A DNA stretch of 24,161 nucleotides from a virus. Its lineage: Duplodnaviria > Caudoviricetes. Every line of letters starts with the position of its first letter. The stretch's first letter is position 1. A program made the translations under genes and the position numbers. The notes under the pieces are model-generated. The model saw nothing but the letters and a program-made list of their open reading frames with translations. It ran no database searches and was not told where the DNA came from. This document shows, piece after piece, positions 1 to 7,643 of the stretch. The stretch lies in the IMG/VR virus record IMGVR_UViG_3300037515_000089, positions 1 to 24,161 of that record. One strand, written 5' to 3'.

Positions 1-145
1 CAATACTAGTAAACCAAGTCCACTCAGAGCTATAAGCAATCTTCCCCGAAGATGGTTGGTCTATGGGGAATACAGAATTTACTGGCTGTGATTGAACGGT
101 TGTAACCGCACCTTCTTTTTGGGTTGTGCTAATTAATTGAGTCAT
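1..145 (-). CDS. 5' part of a further tail fibre/virion protein, truncated by the window edge
   Basis: Not in the ORF track. ATG at 145 lies 1 nt after the stop of the 602-aa gene and the frame is open to the edge: MTQLISTTQKEGAVTTVQSQPVNSVFPIDQPSSGKIAYSSEWTWFTSI. SGKIAYSSEWTW resembles SGKIAFSARWTY of the 602-aa neighbour. Confidence 0.75.
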   Translation of the reverse strand, partial: MTQLISTTQKEGAVTTVQSQPVNSVFPIDQPSSGKIAYSSEWTWFTSI

Positions 146-146
146 A

Positions 147-1955
147 TCACACCACCGATATCCGTTGGAAGCCGCGCGTTGCGTCTATGTACTCCAGCGT
201 TATGGCCCCATCATCAACACTCATTACCAGAGTAGCCGAACCCGTTCCCTCGAAGTTGTGAGATTCAAAATCAATGGTGAAACTATCTGAGCTGAAGTTC
301 GATTCATAGTCCACGAACCGAATAATGTCGCCTGGTTCCCAATCGTCAGGCTGCATATGTGTTGTCTGCGCACCGTCAGTTAAAGTATCGATCAGGTAGG
401 TAACTTTGCGCTGCGGGTTTACTGGAGCGTATGAATTGGAATTATTGGAGTCTACTACCTCTGGAGTAGTTACTACTGGAACCCAAGCAGCTGCTGCTGA
501 ATCATCCACCAAACCCAAACCAGAAGTAGAACCTAGAGCTGCTGTAAGCTCTTGTTGGGTGCCGGAGGTTAGGACTGGTTGGGCTACAGGAGATTTGTTA
601 AAATATCCTATCTTTCTATCGCCGTTGGTAGTCCCATCCCCGATTTGAAATACATTATAAAACTGAGGAACTTGGCCCGGCTGATTTGATTCAAATCTCC
701 AAATCCCGCTTGAAATGGACTGAAAGACACCAAGGCCGTTGGATGAGCCTGTGCGTATCCTAACCTCGTTGGTAGCGGCTACGGGGGAGATTTCAAATCT
801 GCTGCTCGCAGAAGCATGTGCCGCAAATTGGACTTGAGTAGATGAGAACCTAACCAAAGAAGCTTGGGTTCCTGTCCCTATACCCCCAATCTTTACGCCG
901 CCTACAACATCATCTCCTCCCACAGAAATACCGTGATCCACCCCTCCAGCAATATCGCTAACAAACACAAAATCATTGTTAGTAGTTCGATACTCTATAT
1001 GCCCATTACCTGCCGCATTGAATTCCATCCTGGTGTCTGCCGGAATTTGTGGAGTACCTCCAGAACCTTGCAAAGCTTCTGCCACAACCAAAACATCAGA
1101 GCCATTATGTTGCAGGGCTACTGTGGTGTCGGCGCCGTCCCAATCTGCGTGCAATACGCCCAGAGTGATATTACTGTTCATGTATAAATCAGCAGTAATA
1201 TTTTCCAATACTAGATCCGGCCCCCCATCCGCCCCAATAAGTACAGTATCATCATGCCTTACATGAAGTGCGTTTTCCGCGATAGAGGCAATAGTGCCGC
1301 CAGCACCAAAATTTACTGGGATATTTTGATTAAACGACATCGCAGCTTGCGGATTATGCGAAACTTCCCCAGTAGGGCTAACAACAAAATTAGTTAGGAA
1401 ATCAATCTCCGTTGCTCCGGCAGCCTGCACTACCCCGTCTTGGGCTATGTCTATGCCAGAGATACCTGATTCACTCCCATAGGCAAACCTTACAAATGTC
1501 TCGGCGCCTTTCACTAATGTACCACCAGTTTCCATAACAGTAACTGGAATTTGATACCAAGTGGTATTATCGACCACAGCTCCATCTAAAGAATATTTAA
1601 CCCAATTAGAAGGATCTGCATCATCTTGTACGACAATTAAATCTCCCTCAGATAACGTATCCAATATTGTTACAGCATCCGCTCCACTACCGTCTTCTAC
1701 GCTAATAGCCATTATTGTACTTAATTCTGGAGCAGCGTTAGTTCTTAAATTACCTGGGGAGGGATCTACAATGGTAGTACTAAGGGCATAAGTCCATCTA
1801 GCAGAAAAAGCAATCTTTCCACTTATCTGACTAGCATCTTGCCATTCTGTTTCATTACCGATTCCAGTTGCTACAGGTACTTGTCCCACAACGGGAGCTA
1901 CACTAGGAGCAATAATTCCGTCTTCTATTTGTCTAATATTAGGAGTCGTAGCCAT
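147..1955 (-). CDS. Multidomain tail fibre / receptor-binding-type virion protein (602 aa)
   Basis: ATG preceded by GAGGT SD. Downstream of the baseplate genes, G/S/T/V/D-rich and beta-prone. The C-terminal YLIDT...PGDIIRFVDYESNF...TLEYIDATRGF module resembles a domain common in phage fibre proteins. Shares segments with the 546-aa gene. Confidence 0.75.
   Translation of the reverse strand: MATTPNIRQIEDGIIAPSVAPVVGQVPVATGIGNETEWQDASQISGKIAFSARWTYALSTTIVDPSPGNLRTNAAPELSTIMAISVEDGSGADAVTILDTLSEGDLIVVQDDADPSNWVKYSLDGAVVDNTTWYQIPVTVMETGGTLVKGAETFVRFAYGSESGISGIDIAQDGVVQAAGATEIDFLTNFVVSPTGEVSHNPQAAMSFNQNIPVNFGAGGTIASIAENALHVRHDDTVLIGADGGPDLVLENITADLYMNSNITLGVLHADWDGADTTVALQHNGSDVLVVAEALQGSGGTPQIPADTRMEFNAAGNGHIEYRTTNNDFVFVSDIAGGVDHGISVGGDDVVGGVKIGGIGTGTQASLVRFSSTQVQFAAHASASSRFEISPVAATNEVRIRTGSSNGLGVFQSISSGIWRFESNQPGQVPQFYNVFQIGDGTTNGDRKIGYFNKSPVAQPVLTSGTQQELTAALGSTSGLGLVDDSAAAAWVPVVTTPEVVDSNNSNSYAPVNPQRKVTYLIDTLTDGAQTTHMQPDDWEPGDIIRFVDYESNFSSDSFTIDFESHNFEGTGSATLVMSVDDGAITLEYIDATRGFQRISVV
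1082..1139. repeat. Direct repeat copy A (48 bp exact at 1082-1129; 56/58 identical to 2525-2582)
   Basis: ccacaaccaaaacatcagagccattatgttgcagggctactgtggtgt occurs at both 1082 and 2525 and encodes TTVALQHNGSDVLVV in both fibre genes. Confidence 0.97.
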
Positions 1956-1991
1956 ATACTACCTCAAGGATGTTATTTTTATTTATCATTA

Positions 1992-2354
1992 TTATGCAAT
2001 TCTCTCGAACACAAAAACTGTAGTTCCAGCCAGGGTATCACTGCCGTTAAGCTGCCAGCTCCCAGAAAATTCCGCCTCAAAATCTGCTTCAGTTCTCCCA
2101 GCATCCGTAGTAAGTTTTACAACCCCAACATAATTCTCTCGTGTATTCAGGTTATCAATCCAGCGCATCAGGTAGTTGAACAGCCAATTCATATACGCCC
2201 TAGCCCATTTTTCACGAGCTAATACACCACTGTCTTTTAGTTCTTGTGTAGGTTCTACCTTATTTGTTACTAATACTCCGTTGCCACCAATGTTAACTAC
2301 TTCATCAACTACGTTGGTGGCCCATCCTAATATTTCTGTTGGTATATCTGCCAT
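1992..2354 (-). CDS. Short tail-fibre anchor / baseplate adaptor protein (120 aa)
   Basis: SD AAGGA. WA...NKVEP...K.SG...E...R.YMNWLFN...W resembles the baseplate-attachment N-terminus of myophage tail fibres. It ends in F.GSW...G....VFVFERIA. Confidence 0.7.
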   Translation of the reverse strand: MADIPTEILGWATNVVDEVVNIGGNGVLVTNKVEPTQELKDSGVLAREKWARAYMNWLFNYLMRWIDNLNTRENYVGVVKLTTDAGRTEADFEAEFSGSWQLNGSDTLAGTTVFVFERIA

Positions 2355-2366
2355 TAATTGTTATCC

Positions 2367-4007
2367 TTATGCAACATCTATTGCTAAGCCTAAGTTGATT
2401 AATGCGGCCTCTAAAGCTGCAATGCGGTTTGCGTCTGTATCACTGGAGTCTATTGTTTGTTGGGGGGCTGGGGTTGCACCGAAGAATCCGTGGTCTACGT
2501 TTGCTGTACCAATTCCTATTTCATCCACAACCAAAACATCAGAGCCATTATGTTGCAGGGCTACTGTGGTGTTGGTGCCGTCGTTAGTAGAAGAAAAAAC
2601 ATTATCACTAACGAGAATGCTGTGACCAATAGTTATGACCTCATTAGGCCCTGTTGTGAATAACCTAATGTCATTCCCAGCGGTTATTCGAGCATCCCCT
2701 AGATTTGATGCTGTAATTCCTATGTTAGAAGACGAACCCCCGTCAACTAGGAAGAGAGACGACCCGGAACCATCAAGAGATAACCTTGCTGAGTCGCTCC
2801 CGTCCACAACAAATAAGTCCCCCCCTCCAGGAATACTTAGTTGTGCTCTGGAACTGACAGGAGACGAGAAACTAATAACAGCCCCTAAATTTAAGCCAAA
2901 CCCACTATCAAACACCATATTCGCATCAGGCTTATGCGCAACACTTGCCTCGCCCAAACCCTCGTTTGCAATCACAAAATTAGAATCAAAACTTAAGATA
3001 GTTGCAGGATTTACTGTAGTAATGCCATCTGTTACAGATAGACTTCCGCTTCCGCCTCCCCCGACAGATCCTCTGGCTTCTTCTGCCCAGATTCCCACTT
3101 CGTACTGAGTCAGTACAAGAACATCCCCAACAACCATTGCATAATCACTACTATCCCCAAGAACAATGTTTGCATTATCTTGTACAGTAATAGAATCGGT
3201 TGCTTGAAGGTGAATAGTTTGACCTACACGCCCTTCTGTAAAATTTGTTATGGCAGTTGTGCCAGTAGTGAGATAGTAATTACCCCTTTTCACAGACGGT
3301 GTAGCGTTTAGATCAGGAAGGGCTGCTACATCACTAGAAGTCCCATATTGTTTAGGGGTTCTGTGTCCTTTTGTAAACAATCCTCTTGCCTGTAAGCTAG
3401 AACCAGTTAAATCTATGTATTCTCCTCCATCGGGTGTTCCTGTTCCGGCAGCTACAATTTGATAAGTGTTATCCCCACCATCACCAGCAGAAGAATAACC
3501 CAATGTAGTACAAAACATTCCAATTGCTAACCAAGTTGCAGAAATTATTGCTGCAACATTAGAGAACACTAAAGTTTTACCTAATAATTCTTCTACATTT
3601 CCGTTTGTAGAGAATATAACATTTTCGGCGCTGGTTTGACCAACATCTAATACCAGGGGCATCACTACTTCTATAGTAGACACACCGATAGGAATTACAG
3701 AATCAAAAGTAATTAAAGTTCCAGATAAAAGATAAGTTTCTTTTTCTTGGTATACTCCATCAAAGAAAACCCAAGCATTATTCTTAGAAGCTAAAGTTTG
3801 AGATATACTTATAGTATTAGAAAAACCTGCGGTATACTCCACGCCGTCTTTGAACGTATTTATAATTACAGTACCAGAAGAACCTACAGTAGGTACTAGG
3901 GTACTTGCTGTAATACTTCTGTCAGCACCGCCGCGAGAAAGGTGGAGAATATCCCCTACTTCTACAGATGTGACTATAGGGAACTCTTCTATTTGTTTGT
4001 TAGCCAA
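2367..4007 (-). CDS. Tailspike/tail fibre-like mosaic protein (546 aa, TTG start)
   Basis: TTG start with SD AAGGAG. Contains an ANKQIEEFP N-terminal module, a VFFDGVYQ module, a TLGYSSAGDGG tailspike neck-like module, an ITNF..G..GQ...W.E..R module and a GGGGSGS linker. Confidence 0.78.
   Translation of the reverse strand: MANKQIEEFPIVTSVEVGDILHLSRGGADRSITASTLVPTVGSSGTVIINTFKDGVEYTAGFSNTISISQTLASKNNAWVFFDGVYQEKETYLLSGTLITFDSVIPIGVSTIEVVMPLVLDVGQTSAENVIFSTNGNVEELLGKTLVFSNVAAIISATWLAIGMFCTTLGYSSAGDGGDNTYQIVAAGTGTPDGGEYIDLTGSSLQARGLFTKGHRTPKQYGTSSDVAALPDLNATPSVKRGNYYLTTGTTAITNFTEGRVGQTIHLQATDSITVQDNANIVLGDSSDYAMVVGDVLVLTQYEVGIWAEEARGSVGGGGSGSLSVTDGITTVNPATILSFDSNFVIANEGLGEASVAHKPDANMVFDSGFGLNLGAVISFSSPVSSRAQLSIPGGGDLFVVDGSDSARLSLDGSGSSLFLVDGGSSSNIGITASNLGDARITAGNDIRLFTTGPNEVITIGHSILVSDNVFSSTNDGTNTTVALQHNGSDVLVVDEIGIGTANVDHGFFGATPAPQQTIDSSDTDANRIAALEAALINLGLAIDVA
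2525..2582. repeat. Direct repeat copy B (48 bp exact at 2525-2572)
   Basis: Identical to 1082-1129, 1443 bp away, same orientation and same encoded peptide. Confidence 0.97.
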
Positions 4008-4018
4008 AAATACTCTCC

Positions 4019-4801
4019 TTAAAAATGATAATCAACCCAGATGAGAGTGTTTGTTTCATTATCTATAATAAACTCTCCTGTGTTATCTACTATGTTACCA
4101 GACACTGCATATACGTTTGTGAATAAGAGTTCTGCAAAATATGGTTTTTCTGTAATGTCCTGAATCTCTGGTAATATAGATAGTTGTGCATTTTCTGAAG
4201 CAACACCCCCAAACTGCACTTGCAAATCATAAAGAGTTACTCCATCTGGTGTTACTTGTATGTCTTCATTATTATTAGTTTGAAGATCAAAGACTTGCTC
4301 TACGACTTCAGATCCTTCGAATGAATCAAATTCATCATCCACATAAATTCTTAAATTAATACCGGCAGCAACTTTATTCTTCATGTCTGCCCAAGTGTTG
4401 TAATAATATCCATCTCCCAACAGAGCATGTACATCCCCAGACTGATGTTCCCAGAAGTCTACAAAATTAGAATTAGTATGTGCTCTTAGTCCTTGCATGA
4501 ATACTTCAGTAGTGCCGTCGTCTCCTATTACATTTACTCTTTCTAATATAGCGTTTCTGAATTGAGTATCTGTCCTACCGTCCCGAGTTAAATTAAACAA
4601 CGCTCCTATTACATCTAATTGAGCGCCGATCGCAGTGAAAATGCCTCTCTCCGTTAAAAGTTGAAACAAGACTTCTTCAATTTCGTTTGATTGTTCTAAG
4701 TAGGATTGAACAAGACCGCGCAATTTTGGAGATTCACTCCATTGACTAAGAAGTCTTTCTAATCCTATAGCCACATGATTAATTTGTACAGGTGTACTCA
4801 T
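4019..4801 (-). CDS. Baseplate wedge protein (DUF2612 / P2 gpI-like) with acidic C-terminal extension
   Basis: Directly after baseplate J. Motifs RLLSQWSESPKL and TAIGAQLDVIGALFNLTRDGRTDTQFR are typical of this family. Confidence 0.8.
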   Translation of the reverse strand: MSTPVQINHVAIGLERLLSQWSESPKLRGLVQSYLEQSNEIEEVLFQLLTERGIFTAIGAQLDVIGALFNLTRDGRTDTQFRNAILERVNVIGDDGTTEVFMQGLRAHTNSNFVDFWEHQSGDVHALLGDGYYYNTWADMKNKVAAGINLRIYVDDEFDSFEGSEVVEQVFDLQTNNNEDIQVTPDGVTLYDLQVQFGGVASENAQLSILPEIQDITEKPYFAELLFTNVYAVSGNIVDNTGEFIIDNETNTLIWVDYHF

Positions 4802-4819
4802 ATTTATACTTTCTTTATT

Positions 4820-6463
4820 TTATGGGGTTATATTTAATACTGTTACATCAATCTCTGTAATATTGGCAAATTCATCTATGTCGATAGGTATGGTTGCTAC
4901 TTGCCAACTACCTGGGTTAGGCGGATCACCAGCATTAGGGATAATTTGTATCTCAACTATCAACTCATCTATACCACTGACGGCAGAATAAATAGGGCCA
5001 AACATTCTTCCTGTGATAACATCTACGTCAATTCCTAAACTATTTATATGCTCAACAACCGTATCTACTATCACGCCATTACCGCCAACAGGGAACTGTT
5101 CTTCATCGTATATGGTATACTGAACTCTAACAGCAAAACTAACAGCTAGAGGACGAGTGAAATCAATACTTCTTATATTACCGTTACTGTCTAAAATCAG
5201 AACGTTAGTGTTACCATATAAATGTATACCTGCCGGTTTAGTTCTCCAAATCTCTTGGGCTACATCTGTATTATCACCACCAACTACAATTGTCTCATAG
5301 GTGTGTGGAGGAAAATCTTTATCCAAGGTTGCCGTTGCGGCTGACGTAATGCCTGTTATCTCTTCCAATTCTTCGAAAAATACTCCGCAGACTCTCACAC
5401 TTATAGTGTTAGCATCAACGATTTCAACAATAGTCCCTTCGGCCCCAGATGTACCACCTACGACTGTTTCACCTGCTATAAAAGTGCCCACAATATCTGA
5501 AATATCAAAATCGTGTGTAGCTAGTACATTCTCTACAACAATTGCTGAGGTAACACCGATAACATTATTCAGTAAAGCCATCTCTATAGATGGTATTGTT
5601 CCTGTACAATCAGATGACCCTGCTGTTTTGGTTCTTTGTCTTAGTTCTTCATCCGACTCTTCTTCTCTGCCTAATACTAATTGTAATATGTTAGTTGTAC
5701 TAATCAGCCCAGGAATAATAGTAACAATATTTTCTATGGAGTTCGGTGGTGCCACTATAGGGCCAAACTCTTGAGCCTCTATTCTTCCTTCTACTGTAAT
5801 CTGATCTACAGAGATAAAGGTAATAACAACTATCTGTATTGTACTTGTATCATCTGAAGATACGGTTAAGATAGTTCCATCCACAGTAGCACTCCAAGTT
5901 GCAGCAGCATCGCCGTTTATTAAAGCGGCTAAGGCGGTGACTATCTCAGAAGCTGTGGCAGCGCCAGAAGCTATGTATTCGTAGTTTATACCATTAACTG
6001 TAATATTGTAGGTTTCTAAGTTTATTACTTGTTGTACTGAGAGATTAGCTGATAAACAAGACGAGCTGTCTAAAGTAATAACAGATGGGTTAAAGAACCT
6101 GTCCCCAGTAATTATATTAGAAAATAAAGAGTTAGCTTGTATTACTGTACCATTGTTTCCAACAAATTGCTGTCTGTCTGTATTGCTTCTTGTAGCGGGG
6201 AAGCGTGTTACTCCTCTTAGAGTAGCCAAATCGTCTAGGTTCTTTCCTTCTGCTACATCAATATTAAAGTTGTCATTGACTGCCTGCATCAGCGCCCATA
6301 GGTCAGCTAAAGACGATCCTATAATATTATTCATTTGTCCTAACACTGTGTCTTCTGTAACACTTATATTAGGGTCAATTAATTGCCTTTCTGATGTTTC
6401 AATTTCTTCTAGGACTTCGGGCAGACGCAATATTTCTAATCCGAGTGGTGTTAATCCTGCCAT
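4820..6463 (-). CDS. Baseplate J-like wedge protein (P2 gpJ / Mu gp47 family)
   Basis: Motifs AEGKNLDDLA.LRGVTR, GREEESDEELRQR and PPH...IVVGGDN..VAQEIW.TKPAGI; expected position. Confidence 0.92.
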   Translation of the reverse strand: MAGLTPLGLEILRLPEVLEEIETSERQLIDPNISVTEDTVLGQMNNIIGSSLADLWALMQAVNDNFNIDVAEGKNLDDLATLRGVTRFPATRSNTDRQQFVGNNGTVIQANSLFSNIITGDRFFNPSVITLDSSSCLSANLSVQQVINLETYNITVNGINYEYIASGAATASEIVTALAALINGDAAATWSATVDGTILTVSSDDTSTIQIVVITFISVDQITVEGRIEAQEFGPIVAPPNSIENIVTIIPGLISTTNILQLVLGREEESDEELRQRTKTAGSSDCTGTIPSIEMALLNNVIGVTSAIVVENVLATHDFDISDIVGTFIAGETVVGGTSGAEGTIVEIVDANTISVRVCGVFFEELEEITGITSAATATLDKDFPPHTYETIVVGGDNTDVAQEIWRTKPAGIHLYGNTNVLILDSNGNIRSIDFTRPLAVSFAVRVQYTIYDEEQFPVGGNGVIVDTVVEHINSLGIDVDVITGRMFGPIYSAVSGIDELIVEIQIIPNAGDPPNPGSWQVATIPIDIDEFANITEIDVTVLNITP

Positions 6464-6473
6464 AAATCTCCTA

Positions 6474-6869
6474 TCATATTTCTAATTCTAATTCGTCTAT
6501 TGTTATAATTTCACCAGATACTGTGTTGGCACTGAAGCTTATGGACAATTTTCTATTAACGGAATCTAAAAAAGAGGAATAACTGGTTATACCAATAATA
6601 CCCTCCCTCTCTAAGATAGCTTGCTTGATAACAACGTCAACGAATCTTTTATCTGTTGTGTTTTTACTTAATAGTTGGGTATTATTATTATCATTAGCTA
6701 AGTAAGGAATACCTTCCAATATGCTCCAAAAACATTCTCCACGAAACATACCTAAATATATTTGTACTTTTTGTCTTGTAGTTTGTTCTTGGTTTTCAGT
6801 TAGTCTTAGAAGGCTGTTTGAAATCTCTAAGTCGTTAGTTGTAGGATTTAGTGCTAAATCTTTTGACAT
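6474..6869 (-). CDS. Baseplate wedge / sheath initiator (gp25/gpW-like)
   Basis: DLAL....DL...Q.V...L.MFRGE.F....GIPY pattern, 131 aa, between spike and J. Confidence 0.8.
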   Translation of the reverse strand: MSKDLALNPTTNDLEISNSLLRLTENQEQTTRQKVQIYLGMFRGECFWSILEGIPYLANDNNNTQLLSKNTTDKRFVDVVIKQAILEREGIIGITSYSSFLDSVNRKLSISFSANTVSGEIITIDELELEI

Positions 6870-6878
6870 AATATATCC

Positions 6879-7643
6879 TCAAGTTCCAGGAGTAGGCGGA
6901 GCATTAAGAGCGGGATGCTCGTGTGTTGAGAGTTTATTGTCTGTAATAGTCGCGGTTACTTCATTAGCTTCTATATCACCAGTTATCGTAGTAGAACCAC
7001 CAACGTCTAAATTACCACTAATATTTACATTCCCGTTTAAGTTGATCGTCGGGGCTGTTATATTCACCTGTCCAGATGCACTTGCAACTAGATTCCCTTG
7101 GGCTGTAAGATTAACATTTCCTGTAGCGTTTATATTTATATCCGCAGAAGAGTTATCTATGTAGATATTATTATCAGCACCTAATCTAATAGACATACCA
7201 TTAAATTTTAATTCTACATCTGTAGAATTAGGATTTAAATTGGTATTCTTTGAATATAAACCCGCTATTGCTATGGCGTCATTTATATTATAAGTTCTTT
7301 TGTCTGATGGCATAAGGACACTATCTGTAGCCCTACTTTCCATCCATTCATCAATACTCTTCATTGAGAATACTGCTAATACAGTGTCACCAGCTTGTAC
7401 AGGAAAGGATAATAAACCCCCACCCCCACCACAAAAAATTATAGGTACATCCAAGATGGGTGGTAGTTCAATATTCCTGTCGTCCCGGAATGTTTCAATA
7501 ATCTGAGGTTGTATATCTATTGTTTGGTTGGAAGATAAATTGCTAACATCTAATATTTTAGCCGGGATGGCTGTGTAGATATGTTCTTTAATATACCCTT
7601 CAACCATTCTTAATACTGTATCTGAAAATTCTAAAGTGGCCAT
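6879..7643 (-). CDS. Baseplate central spike (phi92 gp138 / P2 gpV-like)
   Basis: N-terminal TAIPAKI...LPPILDVPIIF.GGGG....FPV..GD.VL.VF motif, beta-helix-like NxTAxGN repeats and a C-terminal HEH (HxH) metal-binding tip. Confidence 0.9.
   Translation of the reverse strand: MATLEFSDTVLRMVEGYIKEHIYTAIPAKILDVSNLSSNQTIDIQPQIIETFRDDRNIELPPILDVPIIFCGGGGGLLSFPVQAGDTVLAVFSMKSIDEWMESRATDSVLMPSDKRTYNINDAIAIAGLYSKNTNLNPNSTDVELKFNGMSIRLGADNNIYIDNSSADININATGNVNLTAQGNLVASASGQVNITAPTINLNGNVNISGNLDVGGSTTITGDIEANEVTATITDNKLSTHEHPALNAPPTPGT

Noticed and set aside
1082-2582. Diversity-generating retroelement (TR/VR pair)
   Set aside because: Both copies are coding, the repeat is short, only two A/G differences exist, and no reverse transcriptase is in the window.
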